The notes under the pieces were generated by a model that saw nothing but the letters and a program-made list of their open reading frames with translations, was not told the origin of the DNA and did not search any database. The position numbers were made by a program, and so were the translations under genes. A stretch of DNA of 64,000 nt from assembly GCA_964016885.1 (NCBI GenBank), contig OZ024742.1, forward strand, positions 129,332,001 through 129,396,000. The letters run 5' to 3'. Below, piece by piece: positions 25,192 through 38,810 of this stretch. Source of the DNA: Eledone cirrhosa. Lineage: Eukaryota. The first letter of the stretch is position 1. Each line of letters starts with the position of its first letter.

Positions 25192-26415
25192 CTTACCTTG
25201 ACTTCGCTAAGGCTTTTAATTCTGTGCCACACAAAAGACTTATGGCGAAACTCTCTGCAATGGGTGTGAAGGATGATCTTTTTAACTGGTTGAAATCCTT
25301 CATTCTCAGCTGAAAAGAGGTAATCACGGTTCTAGGACAGCATTCTTCACCATATGAGATGTCATCTGGTGTACCACAGGGATCTGTTCTTGGTCCCCTT
25401 TTGTTTGTGGCATATATTAATGACATAGATGCCAACTTACAGAATGCCACAGTTCTGAAATATGCAGACGACATCAAGCTGTACCTTGAAATCAAAAAGA
25501 CTGATCCTGAAATCTACAACTCTTTCCTACAATCTCACCTGGACACAATGCAGCAATGGATCACAGACTGGCAACTGAAGCTGGCTGTGGACAAGTGTAC
25601 CACCATGCATTTTGGGAGGAAAAATCCAGCGTCCACATACTCCCTCCACAAGACGGATATCAAGAAGTCCTCTTGTGAACGTGACCTGTCAGCAGAGATT
25701 TGTGTTGGACAAAGCACATCTCTAAAATCGTCAAGAAGGCCGAGGGTGTCTTGGCATCACTCAGCAAGACCTTTGTTAGCCGCTCTCCAGCCATCTATTT
25801 AAAGCTGTATACAGTTATGGTACGACCACACTTGGAATTCACATCATCAGTCTGGAACCTCTATCTTGCTCAGAACATTGACCTCCTGGAAACTGTTCAG
25901 AGACATGCAACCAAGCGCATACCCTCCATCAGACACCTACCATACTCTGAACGCCTTGCTTCCCTGGGCATGGATTCATTGAAGCTCTGACGTCTGGCAA
26001 CTGACTTGGTAAACACCCACAAAGTTATTAACCATCTCGCCAACTGCAACCCTGAGCACCTTTTTGATCTCCATGTGTCTAACACACGTGGACATGCCTA
26101 CAAAGTCAGAAAACACCACAGCTCCCATGACTTTCAGAAACATTTTTTCACGCTCAGAGTTGCTGAAGCATGTAACAAACTGCCTGCGTCAGTTGTTAGC
26201 TGCCGAGACATTGCATCCTTTAAAACCCTCATGCTTCCCGAAATTCGCCAAAACTACACCTGATGTCTCCCTTCCATACACATGCACACACGTGTATATC
26301 ATGACTCATGCACTGTTCATTTTCCTGACCTTTGTACATTAACCTATGTACTATACATACACTTTTGATGAGTTGTGGTGCACCTGAGCACTGTACACAA
26401 TATTTTCATTATTAT
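25192..26415 (+). mobile_element. CR1/L2-like LINE, 5'-truncated RT and 3' end
   Basis: LDFAKAFNSVPH, SGVPQGSVLGPLLF, YADDIKL; 3' end gagttgtggtgcacctgagcac then att repeats. Confidence 0.92.
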
Positions 26416-26829
26416 ATTATGATGATAATGATGATAATGTAGAGGAGGAGGAGGAAGATTATAATGGTTATGGTGATAATGATAGTAATGATGATATTGA
26501 TGATGATGATGATATCAATTTCTATTCTTGTTATTGTTGTTTAGCCCCAATCAAAGTTAGCTTTGATGAAATAGACTTGTGACTGAAGACATTCCAACTA
26601 TGACCAACACAACATATTTCAAACAATCTATCTATCACCGCATGATTCAATTTGCCCTTCTTTCTTTTAAGATTGCAATGTGTGGTTGGAAACAAAAGTG
26701 GCTGCTATTTTTAGCAGATAGATTGATCAAGTACTGATGCCCTTATTAACTTGATCATGTCTGTTTTTGACACCACTCCCACACATACATACATACATAC
26801 ATATATACATATATACATACATACATACA

Positions 26830-26830
26830 T

Positions 26831-26865
<35 letters not shown>

Positions 26866-28470
26866 CTGTTTAACATCCATTTTTCCATACTAGCATGGGT
26901 TAAATGAGTTGTCCTATTGTGAGACAAGCCAAATAAGATGACCATGTCTTGCTCGTACATAACTGATTTTGGCTTGATACTAAGGCTGGATGCCCTTCCT
27001 AATGCCAACCACATTTACAGTGTGTACCAGGTGCTTTTTATTGTGACACCTGCATGACCACTTTACAGTATGGATCTGGGCTCTTTTTGTCAAAGCACCA
27101 AATCAACCAATTTACAATGTGGACTGGGGGTGGGACTAATCTGGAGAAAGGGGTCATGTTAGGATGTGGGAGGTGTATGGAAGGGGAGGGTGTATGCTTC
27201 AACCCGTGCCTATGGGAAGACCAGTCTTCAATATTACTGCATAATGCCAGAGATCTCGATCCTGTGTCAACATCTTTGAGAGGTGCAATTGTACAAGGTC
27301 AGCTTTTATCACCTCATCCCAAACTTTCCTAGGTCTTCCTACTCCATAGCTTCCATCAACTTTGAGTGCCCTGCTTCTTTAAATGCAGCTGTCATCCTTC
27401 ATACACATCACAAGTCCATACCAATGCAATCTCTACTCCTGCACACTGCAACTGATCCCTTGTATGTCCAGTTTCTCTCTCAGTTCATTTACACATTGCT
27501 GTTCATGTATATTACTATTATACATCCATCAGAGCATGCAAGCTTCACTTCTTTCCAATCTTCGCAGGTCCTCTGCACACAGTGCCATGTCTCACTGTCA
27601 TACAGCATTGCAGTTTGTATATATGCCTCATACAATCTGATTTTTATTTTTATGGAAAAGCCTTTTGTAGCTAGCAGCTCCCTGAACCTTTTCCATCCCA
27701 TTCTCACTCTGGCTACTGTACTTTCGGAACACCCAATGCCGTTGCTAATTTGTTTACCCTGTAAACAGAACTGTCAACTGGTTCTATTGTACCTTCTATA
27801 CATATAAAACATATAAAACCTACATATAAAACCTACATTCTTTGCCAGCTTACCTGTGATCCCACTTCATCCCTTGTGTACTCATTTGGGACAGAGGATG
27901 GAATTTCTACCCACCTCTTTCCTGCACATTGAGCAGGGCAATTTCCCAGAAGGGACCAGGGCCTTGTTTTTCTTACTACTTGAACTTTGGTCTTTGCCAA
28001 TTTGACTTTTAAAAAAAAAACCTTTTGATTCCAGGCTATGCTTTGAGGTCAGGAAGTTTTTCTCTGTCATAGATTCAACAATGAGAGTTGGGTCATCAGC
28101 ATACAGGGGTTCCCAAGGGTATCCAGTTTTAAACTCTTCTGTTATAGCCTGAAGTACAGTAATAAAGAGTAGGGGCTAAGGAAGGATCCCTAGTGGACTT
28201 CAACTAGCATGCTAAACTCCTCACTATAGTCATTATTAATTTTAACCCTGCTGACTGCACCTCTGTACCTGGCTTGTACTGTCCTCACAAACCACTTGTC
28301 CACCCCTAGTATCCTAAGTGCTCCCCAAATTACAGAGTGGGGGACCCTGTCAAAAGCATTCTCCAGGTCAACAAATGTTAAGTAGAGGGGTTTACTTTTT
28401 GCTAGATACTTCTCCTGCAGTTGCCCCACAAGGACTTTTACTTGGCACAGATCCGAACTGCATCTCATCT
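26830..28470 (-). mobile_element. Degenerate RTE LINE (RT to 3' UTR)
   Basis: FVDLENAFDRVP, SGKLPCSMCRK, (GAT)n tail. Confidence 0.85.
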
Positions 28471-29242
28471 AAACAAGCAAATTATAAACGTAAACATGTA
28501 AGTATGTTTTTGAAACGGTGCGCGAGTTTGAAATTAGAAATTAGAAATTATAAGCTTTCACCGTATTTTAGACTAAAGAAATTTCTAGCCTGATAGTGGG
28601 GTTTATAACCCTCGGAGAAATGGAAAAAGATGAGTGTTGCCGTAGATGGGAGTCGAACCCACATCTTTGGTTATCCAGACCACTGTGCTACCATTACACC
28701 AATACACATCCCGTCTCCTTCCATTCAAATTAGAAGCTATGAACTTAGCAAGTGAATGATAAACAAGCAAATTATAAACGTAAACATGTAAGTATGTTTT
28801 TGAAACGGTGCGCGAGTTTGAAATTAGAAATTAGATGGGTTCGACTCTCATGTACGGCAACACTCATCTTTTTCCATTTCTCCGAGGGTTATAAACCCCA
28901 CTATCAGGCTAGAAATTTCTTTAGTCTAAAATACGGTGAAAGCTTATAATTTCTAATTTCTAATTTCAAACTCGCGCACCATTTCAAAAACATACATGTT
29001 TACGTTTATAATTTGCTTGTTTATCATTCACTTGCTAAGTTCATAGCTGCTAATTCGAATGGAAGGAGACGGGATGTGTATTGGTGTAATGGTAGCACAG
29101 TGGTCTGGATAACCAAAGAGGTGGGTTCGACTCCCATGTACGGCAACACTCATATTTTTCCATTTCTCCGAGGGTTATAAACCCCACTATCAGGCTAGAA
29201 ATTTCTTTAGTCTAAAATACGGTGAAAGCTTATAATTTCTAA

Positions 29243-29250
<8 letters not shown>
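28470..29250. repeat. ~290-bp tandem repeat in two opposed arrays, unit carrying a tRNA-like sequence
   Basis: Unit starts at 28470 and 28761; orientation flips near 28836; about 1.4 further units to 29250. Confidence 0.88.
29075..29145 (+). pseudogene. tRNA-like Pol III unit (anticodon loop CT-GGA-TA), probably not a functional tRNA
   Basis: D-arm gtgt/gcac, tggt/acca anticodon stem, T-arm gtggg TTCGACT cccat, acceptor 5/7 paired, TTTTT about 10 nt downstream; second copy 28638-28708 (-). Confidence 0.7.
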
Positions 29251-29282
<32 letters not shown>

Positions 29283-29410
29283 GTGAGGTTTTTCTACAAA
29301 ATGAAAAATAACCGAGGTGTCCTACACGAGTGAAAGTATAAAGAAAAAAAGATGAAATCGAAAATGAGAACTGGAGTCTTATTTTTGAAAAAATATATAT
29401 ATTTATTTGG

Positions 29411-29450
29411 TTCCTTTACCGGTTTCGCAGTTCTTCTGCTTTTCAAAAGT
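29411..29450 (-). ncRNA. Minimal hammerhead-like motif with U3-A8 core variant
   Basis: ctt-TTGAAAA-gcag aagaa ctgc-GAAA-ccgg-TA-aag. Confidence 0.55.
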
Positions 29451-29478
29451 AGAGTTGAGATGGAGGCTCTGTGGTTTT

Positions 29479-29544
<66 letters not shown>

Positions 29545-29635
29545 GTAAAATCAAGGGAGTGTAAACACAGAAAATATCTTTAAAAATAATAATAAATAAT
29601 TAAATTCTAAAAAATTCACTGTACTTACTATATGT

Positions 29636-29716
29636 GCCTTTACCGCGGTTTCAGATCCCAAATAAATAGACAATCCAAGTGGATTTCCATTGAGAAAGAG
29701 ATCATCGTCAGAAGGC
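29636..29716 (-). ncRNA. Type I hammerhead ribozyme, best-preserved copy of the sister subfamily
   Basis: gcctt-CTGACGA-tgatctc...gggatct-GAAA-ccgcgg-TA-aaggc; palindromic stem III. Confidence 0.82.
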
Positions 29717-30202
29717 TTTTCTCTCTCAGAGAATATAAAATTCCCCCGAGTTCAAATTACAAACTGGCGCCATACCAAACTGCCCCAGAATGAATCAGTT
29801 ATAGTTAGGAACGCGTGCAAAGGCGAAGGCACGTTGGACAGGTCAATCTAATGCTACTATGGAAATCCACTTGGATTGTCTATTTATTTGGGATCTGAAA
29901 CCGCAGTAAAGGCACATATAGTATGTACAGTGAATTTTTTGGAATTTAATTATTTATTATTTTTTAAGATATTTCTGTTTACACTCCCTTGATTTTATAT
30001 GTTCTGGCTTGTTAATTTATTAACTTGCTATTGAACCACACTGGCATACGGACTATACTTGTATCCCTGTATGTATTAATTACATATAGGACACACACTT
30101 TTATTATATATATATGTATATATATTGGGTCGTCAAGTATGAAATTTGTAGAAATTTGTAGAAAAAAAACAAATTTCTACAAATTTCATACTTGACGACC
30201 TA

Positions 30203-30237
<35 letters not shown>

Positions 30238-31295
30238 CATATTTATATAATGTATAAAAATAACCAGGATTAAGTAACATTAAATTATTTCAGTCTGAGT
30301 TCAAATCCCACTGAGGTTAACTTTGCCTTTCATCCTTACGAGGTCGATAAAATAAAGTACCAGTAATGTACTGTGATAATTGCTGGCCTTGTACCAAAAG
30401 TAGAAACAATTAAATTATTTAATTGATTTACAAACGTTTCTATCAAAACAGTGAGAAAATACATTTCTTCTGTATTGATTTCTTCAGAATCTATTAAACA
30501 ATATAAATAATTCGACCTCTAATCAGTTGTACAATGACTCTTTCTGTAAATTTCATTACCTGGTCCATCAATGTGATGCTTCGCTGGTTTCCTCTGTCTA
30601 GTGCATCACCTTTACCCTTGTAGCAATTGATGATGAATCTGCTACACCAGTCATTGGGTATAGCACAATTTTGTCATACATACTTACATACATACATAAA
30701 TACATGCATATAACTGAGGTGAATAGGTTTCACTGATACACACATTTACACACATATATGCATACACAAATACATACAAAAATGTACACACTCACACACA
30801 CCCCCACACACATATAACTGAAGTAATTAGACCTCACTGATGAGATCAACCAAAATCGAAACTTGCCCATTGCTTTCATAATTTCGCTGATAGTGTTGGA
30901 GTTATCTCCCTTGTTTTCTGTTTTTAGACTTTGAATACCCCTTAACCATTTCAATATTGTATTTCTAATGAAATGCTCTCAATTGATTCATAGAAAACTT
31001 TGAGGGATTTATTCAAAATTTTAGTAACTTAACATATTCTTATATAAAAATTATTTGGGGGAAATTTTTATTTAGATAGGAATCCTTTAAAATTGGTGGT
31101 TTTGTTTCATAGGACCAGCGCTGGTTTCATGTGCTTTGGTAATGAAAGAGTTAAAGGGAGTTCTTAATTTCAAATTTCAGGGATAATTTCAATTAATTGG
31201 AGTTTTTCAGCTTACCACATTACATATGTATCACTCTGTCATATACCAGAGATGATAAAATAAAGTACTAACCCAATACTGGCACCAATATAACT

Positions 31296-31298
<3 letters not shown>

Positions 31299-31364
<66 letters not shown>

Positions 31365-31367
31365 TCT

Positions 31368-31421
<54 letters not shown>

Positions 31422-31446
31422 TCACACACACACACACGCACACACA
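31299..31446. repeat. (CT)n(CA)n microsatellite
   Basis: Directly visible. Confidence 0.95.
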
Positions 31447-33977
31447 ATCTGCTCATGTGAGTGGCTGAGTATTTCTTCATGGTAACAAGGTCCTGTCTCC
31501 TTTTCTGATTACTAAAACTTATTTACTAGCTTTTTTCCTAGGTTTACTTTGAGGTTCTTTGATTATAGGTTTTACTTCCATGTCCGAAATGTCTTCCCTA
31601 ATGCTTCTTCAAATTTGGCTGCAAGTACTAGATCATCAGCATATAAAATTCTCCATTTAGCCAGTCATAAATTCTGTTATGACACAGAACTACTATAAGC
31701 AGGAGAAGAGATCTGTATTGTATTATTCATTGCTAATCTTCACATCACTGACTGCACTTTTGTACATGGATTGAATTTTATCTCGTAGCCCATGCCATGG
31801 GGCCTAATATTTTCAGTAGTGTCTCTATTCAACTAATTCCAAATTACAGAAGAAAATAAAATTAACAACAAAACAACAACACATAGCATGGTAATGTTTC
31901 CTAGATTGTTGAATTTTGATATTAGGCCAGGTTTATTCAGATGACATCTAATCTACAGGATTATTCCTCAGGAATCTAGCTTAAGATGACAGAGGATCAA
32001 TGTGGCTAAAATGTGCTTTAAAATGTTTAATAAGAAACTAAATGGAAAATCAAAATGATTTACTGTATAATGTTCATGGATGTAAGGGTATTTGAAGTTA
32101 ATTTCCGGTTAATCTTGTATAATTAACATCTTTTCAGTTGAATGATTACACCTCACACCTCTGTAATTATCCTCCTTCAATTCAGATCAGAACCAAAGCT
32201 TGGAGATATTAGAAATCTGTTTTGGAGGTTTTACGGTACCACCAAAATTTCAATACAACACTTGTAGTGTTCTATGTTCAACTCCTAGCAAAGCTAACTT
32301 TGTCTTTCCTTCAACAAATGTCTAATGATTTTTGCTTTATCATATGATATGTATTATTGGACTTGACAGAGTCGTTAGAGCATCAAGCAGAATGCTTTAT
32401 GGCATTTAGTTGTTACATTTAGTTACTGTAATTTAATTATGGCCCTTTATTTTCTGAGTTCAATTCCCACCGAGGTTATCTTTGCCTTTCATCTTCTAGG
32501 GGTTGATAAAATAAACTACCAGTAAAGTACTTTCTCTTCCCTGTTAATTGCTGGCCTTGTGCCTAAGTTAGAAATTATTATTGGCCATGGCTGTGAGGTT
32601 AGGAAGTTTGTTTCAAAAATACATACTTTCAGGTTCAGTCCTATTGCATGGCACTTTGAGCACGTATGACCTCTACAATGCTCCAGGTTGACCAGTGCCT
32701 TGTGGGTGAATTCAGCTGTGCACCATTGTGGGGTGGCTAATCTTGCTGTGTACTAGAACTACTCCTCAATTGACATCAAGCAATCACACATTCCTTCTGT
32801 AGTATAAGTCAAGCTAGTCACATGTACAGTCAATCAGGTAATAGTAATGTAGTAGAATAATTGTTAATTGTTACAGGAGAAAAGATGATGCTCTAGAAAG
32901 GAGCAAGAGTAGAGACATAAGACTGATAGAGCAAATATGAAAGTAAGAGAAGAAGTCTTAACACAACTAATTAGGAAAAGAGTCAAAATAGATGAGATGT
33001 AGTTTGGTTTTGTGCCAGGAAGGAGTACTACAGATAGTGAGACAACTATAAGAAATGTTCCTAGTTAAATGTAAACTGCTATATCTAGCTTTTGTTGATC
33101 TAGGCAAGGCCTTTAACAGAGTAGCACAATCTGTCATTTGGTGTAGCCATGTTCAGAGGATCTGTCAATAAAGTGAAAGTAGGTAAAGAGTTTTGTGAGG
33201 AATTCAGTATGCAGGTTTTATCCATAGTCTAAATGTCTGTCTCGAGCACAGAAGCTTATCAGGCAGATGCTTATCCTGATTTCCATGGTGTGAGGTGATT
33301 GAGAGTACAAGACTCCCCACTAGACGGGCCTCCAATCCATTGCACGGTTAAACCTCCTGCTATTGCTGGTATTCATTTTCGACTGAGTATAGTGGTGCAA
33401 TAGGAAATGAAGTGTTTTGCTCAAGGACACAACACACAACTCAGTCTAGGAATCAAACCCACGACATTATGATTGTAAGTCCAACACTCTTACCACTATT
33501 CCATGTGCCTCCACTGTCCTTAGCCTGACCCTGCTTATAATTTTCCAGGCCAGGAGTTTAAGACTAGCTCCCCTTGTAAACATCGTATGAACAAGACATT
33601 GGGGAATCATATTTGTAGACCATCTAAACTCAATAGGAATGACTATATTTATTTTATATCTTACACTCAATACGACTGTCCTAATTTTTACTGTGCACCT
33701 TACAAGAAATTTATTTGAGGCAACATAAGGCCTGCTAATCCATTATTTAATATTATCTTTTATAAATTACTGGCATTAGTTTTTGTTGGATTATTCAATT
33801 CTTATCTCCAATGTAGGGTAAACTATCTGTACACACAGTATAAGTTTTATTAATCATTTTAGATTATTTCTATTATCCATTTAAGTTTTTTTTCCTGTTG
33901 AGAATGTCCTTGAAAGACAGCTTAGACTAACATCATATATATATATATATTAATTGCTTTTCTATCACTGTATTTGT

Positions 33978-34009
<32 letters not shown>

Positions 34010-34331
34010 CATTTCATTTCATTTTACGTCCGCTTTTTCCCTGCTTGCAAGGGTGGGACGGAAACTGATTCTGGCTTGATTTCTACAGCTGGATGCCCTT
34101 CCTAACACCAACCTCATTTACAGTGAGTGCTGGGTGCTTTTTTGCCGTGGCACCTTCACGACCACTTTGCAGTGGAATGATAGGGACATCTCATTTCTAC
34201 AGCTGAGTAAACTGGAGCAATGTGAAATAAAGTGTCTTGCTCAAGGAAACAACACATCACCCTGTCTGAGAATTGAACTCACAACCTTTCGATTGCAAGG
34301 CCAATGCTCTAACCACTAAGCCATGTGCCTC

Positions 34332-34333
<2 letters not shown>
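34010..34333 (-). mobile_element. tRNA-derived SINE, family A
   Basis: Reverse complement of family A. Confidence 0.88.
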
Positions 34334-34370
<37 letters not shown>

Positions 34371-34380
34371 TCATCATCAT

Positions 34381-34455
<75 letters not shown>

Positions 34456-34461
34456 TATATA

Positions 34462-35022
34462 TGTCTCATGGTCGGGTCGTTGGCAACTAAACTGGCAACC
34501 CCACCAAGGTTTCTTGGTGAGGAGGATAACTTTGGACATCCTACAGGACAAAAAACAAAACCTGTCAAAGGGCAAACGACCTCTTAAGAGTCAATGGCCA
34601 TCCAAAATCACCGGGAGAGATGACCCCTTAGCCTTTGTCAAGACAGAATTCTAGGAGAAGGAAAACTCTGATATAACACCTGCAACCCTGATGGTATCCA
34701 ATGATGTTGACTTGTTCTTTTTTTTGGTAAATATCATCTTGGTTAAGAGAGTGGGACTGGCTTTGTGCAGTGCCTTTGCTCACTATAAAAGCTTCACGGC
34801 ACAGGCATTGCTTTATATCTGGAGATCTCTCTGCACTTGTCGTCACATCGTACCATGGGCCCAGCACTATGTGTCAATAATTGTCACAAGTGTAGTGTTT
34901 GTACCAGAGTTTTCAAGTCGCTGGCTGGACTAAAAAGTTACAGTCGTTCAGCGCATCGGCTATGAGTTCTTCTACATGGATATAAAGTAGTGGCCGTACT
35001 CGAAAACGAGTTGGCAGCCACC
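34462..35022 (+). repeat. Dispersed non-coding module, copy 2, upstream of the RTE start codon
   Basis: Similar to 7060-7619. Confidence 0.85.
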
Positions 35023-35049
35023 ATATATATGTATATATATGTATATATA

Positions 35050-35116
<67 letters not shown>

Positions 35117-35117
<1 letters not shown>

Positions 35118-37287
35118 TGAAGACGTCGCATCTCAGAGTTGCAACACTTAATGTTGGCACTCTCAGAGGTAGATCTGCTGAAATAGCGGAGATGCTGGAG
35201 AGAAGGCAGGTGGATGTGTGCTGCGTGCAGGAGGTGAGATGGAGAGGTGCCTCTGCGAGACTAGTCGTAGGCAAGCGTCTTAGCTATAAGCTATTCTGGG
35301 TAGGTAAGGATGATGGGCTAGGGGGAGTAGGCATTTTCCTGGCTGAGAAATGGATCAATAAGACACTAGAGGTAGTTTGAGTTAGTAATCGAATAATTAA
35401 GCTTAGATTAGTTGTAGGTAGGAGACTACTGACAATCATCTCGGTCTATGCTCCCCAAGCAGGCCTAGGCAAAGATGAGAAAGACTGCTTTTATGAGCAA
35501 CTTTTGAAAACAACCGCAATGACAGAGGACGGAGACATCGTTTATGCTAGCAGGAGACTTCAATGGTCATGTTGGACAGCTCCAGGATGGTTACACTGGG
35601 GTACATGGTGGGCACGGTTACAGTTCAAGAAATGAAGAAGGAGTGAGACTTCTTGAATTTTGTGATGCGAGTACATTGACTATTTGCAACACAAACTTCC
35701 AGAAACCTGCCAATCACCTAATAACCTACAAATCTGGTGAGCACATAAGCCAGATTGACTTCTTGCTAGTTAGGCAGCGGGACAGGCAGATAGTATCTAA
35801 TACCAAGGCATAACCTGAGGAAGAATGTACCACACAGCATAGGTTTGTTGTTAGTGATATCTCAGTAAGCAAGAGATGGAATGAGACATACAGGAAGGTG
35901 TGGAGAAGAAAGGTCTGGAAGCTAAAAGACCTTTCACTAAAATACAAATTTAGGAAAGCCCTTCAAGATGTATATGACGAAAAAGAAGACGATTTAGAGA
36001 CGTATGACATAGATAATAACTGGAATTTCTTACGTGACAACTTGCTGCAGGCTACTGATGAAACCTGTGGCTGGAGCAGAGCTCCAACCAGACAGAGAGT
36101 GACCTGGTGGTGGAACAGCACAGTAGATAAGGCTATTAGAGACAAAAGACTAGCATGGAAGGCTTGGAAAAAGGGTGGGAGTAGGGAAGAATATACAGCC
36201 ACTAAGAGAGAAGCTAGACGTCAGATGTACTTAGCACACAGGGAGGCAGAGAGTAGGAGGTTTGCTAATGTTCTGCGATGGGAAGATCAGAGGCGTGCGG
36301 TGTTCCACATTGCAAGGCAGTGTGTCAATGCAAATCAGGATGTTGTTGGAGATAAATGTGTCCGGGATGATGCCGGTGTACTTAGTGTCACGAATGATCA
36401 GAAAAAGGAGGCCTGGAAATGTCATTATGAGAGACTGATGAATGTGGAGAACGAATGGGAGAGAGAGAAATTACCCTTGGTAGATCCGACAGAGGGACCA
36501 GCTATTGAGATTGACGAATATAGGGTCCAAGAGGCGATTAGGCAAATGAAAAATGGTAAGGCGGCCGGACCATCGGGAATAGTTGCTGAGATGCTGAAGG
36601 CATCAGGGGACGTAGGCACTAAACTGGTTGCACGCATCATCAATCAGGCTATATATGGTGGTGTCATACCCAAAGACTGGTGCAGCAGTATTCTCATAAA
36701 TTGCTACAAAGGTAAAGGGGATGCTCTGGAGAGGAGCAATTATAGGGGTATAAAACTGATGGATCAGGTTATGAAAGTAGCAGAAAGGATTTTAGCACAA
36801 CTAATTAGAGAAAGGGTCAAACTAGATGAGATGCAGTTGGTTTTGTGCCTGGGAAGAGTACAACAGATGCCCTCTTCTTGGTGAGACAAATGCAAGAGAG
36901 GTTCTTAGAGAAGAATAAGCCACTATACTTAGCCTTTGTTGACCTAGAGAAGGCCTTTGATAGGGTACCCCGATCTGTCATCTGGTGGTCCCTAAGGAAG
37001 CTAGGTGTTGAGGAATGGCTTGTGAGGACAGTGCAAACTTTGTACAGAGGTACTCTCAGTAAAGTCAGGGTAGGAATGGAGTTTAGTGAGGAATTCCAGA
37101 TACAAGTAGGAGTACATCAGGGTTCGGTCCTCAGCCCGCTCTTGTTCATTATAGTCCTCCAAGCCATAACAGAGGAGTTTAAGACTGGCTGTCCATGGGA
37201 ACTTCTCTATGCTGACGATCTGGTTCTTATAGCAGAATCAGTAGAGGAGCTAGAGAATAAATTCTGGCTATGGAAACAGCAGTTGAA
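35117..37287 (+). mobile_element. RTE-clade LINE with complete APE N-terminus, 3'-truncated, disrupted
   Basis: [29 protein letters not shown] through YADD; closely similar to 8373-10110. Confidence 0.95.
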
Positions 37288-37289
37288 AT

Positions 37290-37507
37290 ACAACAAAGTC
37301 AGGGGACAGTGATGAAGACCTGTAGCTGGTTCCGGGGCCGCCTTGAGGCCGTCATCAAAGCCAATGGCGGGTGTATCAAGTGAGATCGAAAGAACAAGTC
37401 CTGAAGACAAACTGACCCAAGTTTGATAAATATATCTTAAAAAATAAAACTACTGTGTTAGTTTTTCCTAGACAGTAATCTTGCGAACAAATATCGTCCG
37501 CACCCTG
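37290..37507 (+). mobile_element. maT transposon 3' end with TIR
   Basis: Reverse complement of 20478-20690; ends ttgcgaacaaatatcgtccgcaccctg-TA. Confidence 0.88.
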
Positions 37508-37534
37508 TATACATATATACATACATACATACAT

Positions 37535-38810
37535 ATCATCATCATCATCATTTTTATGTCCAGTTTTCCACACTTGCATGGGCTGGATAGATCCTTTTTG
37601 GCACACTATCTCTCCTCTCACCCTATTCCTTTGTCACTTCTGCAATTTGAAATCAGCCCTCACCACCTTTAGTGCGGCTTCCCTCCACTTGGATTTACTG
37701 GCACTTCTTCACCCAACGATCACCATCCATGCCTGTTGCATATTCAAACCAACACAGTCTTCTCCCTAAAACACCACTTTAGATTGCTCTTAAACCTAGC
37801 TTCTCCCTCAGTTCATCCAAACTCTGCCTTTCTCTCACATTTCTGTTGCACATCCAACGAAACATGGTTGCTTCATTTCTCTCCAGTCAATGCATGTCCT
37901 CTGCAGTCACAGCCCAAGTTTCACTACCATGCAGCTTGGTACTTTACACACAGGTATCATACAGTCGTCCTTTTGTACATAGGGAAAAACCTTTTGTTGT
38001 CAACAGTAGGAGTAGCTTTCTAAACTTCTTCCATTTATCCTTCTTCTAGTTATTACGCTCTTGGAGCACTCTCCTCTCTTCTGCTACTAATTAAGTCACC
38101 TAGATAGCAGAAACTATCAACCATCAATGCTCTTTCCTATGATTACCCCCGTATATCTACATACAAAGTCTTGCCTTCTTGTTACTCTACCTGTTATTCC
38201 ACAACACCTCTTGTGTAACCCAAGATTTACATTGTGTACATCATATAGAGTTTATGCCTACTCGTTTCCTACCTATTTCACAGAGCCACTTCCCTGAAGG
38301 AATCAGGTTCTTATTGTTTTTCCTACTTACTAGCATTTTAGTTTTGGTTGAGTTTACTCTCAGACCTTTTGAATTCCAAATTCTGTTTCCATAGTCGGAA
38401 TTTATTCTCTAATTCTTTTTAGAAACATGGGCTGTGACTGCAGAAGACATGCATAGGCTGGAGAAAAATGAAGCAACCATACTTCAATGGATGTGCAATG
38501 TAAATGTGAGAGAATGGTAGAACTTGGTCAGACTAAAGGAGAAACTAGGTTTATGAGGAATCCGAAGTGGTGTGCAAGAGAGAAGACTGCATTGGTACAG
38601 ACATGTGATGCATATGGATGATGACCACAGGTTGAAGAAGTGTCAGGAAATCCCAGTAGAAGGAAACCACAGTAAAGGTAAACCAAGGAAGACCTGGGCA
38701 GAGATGGTAAGAGCTGATCTCAAATCACTGAGACTCACAGTTGAAGGAATTTGAGTGGAGAGTGCGAGCGTGGAAAAACGGACGTAAAAACAATGGTGAT
38801 GATGATGATA
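37535..38810. mobile_element. Two divergently oriented degenerate RTE 3' fragments (37535-38420 minus, 38420-38810 plus)
   Basis: ETWAV, WYRHVM and GKPRKTW motifs on opposite strands, each with a GAT tail. Confidence 0.7.

Noticed and set aside
28875-28905. gagggttataaacccc resembling a twister ribozyme P4/L4
   Set aside because: Could not find the matching T1/T2 pseudoknot partners or P1/P2
29075-29145. Functional tRNA-Ser(GGA) gene
   Set aside because: Acceptor and anticodon stem mismatches, no long variable arm, G34 Ser anticodon atypical for eukaryotes, located in a tandem repeat
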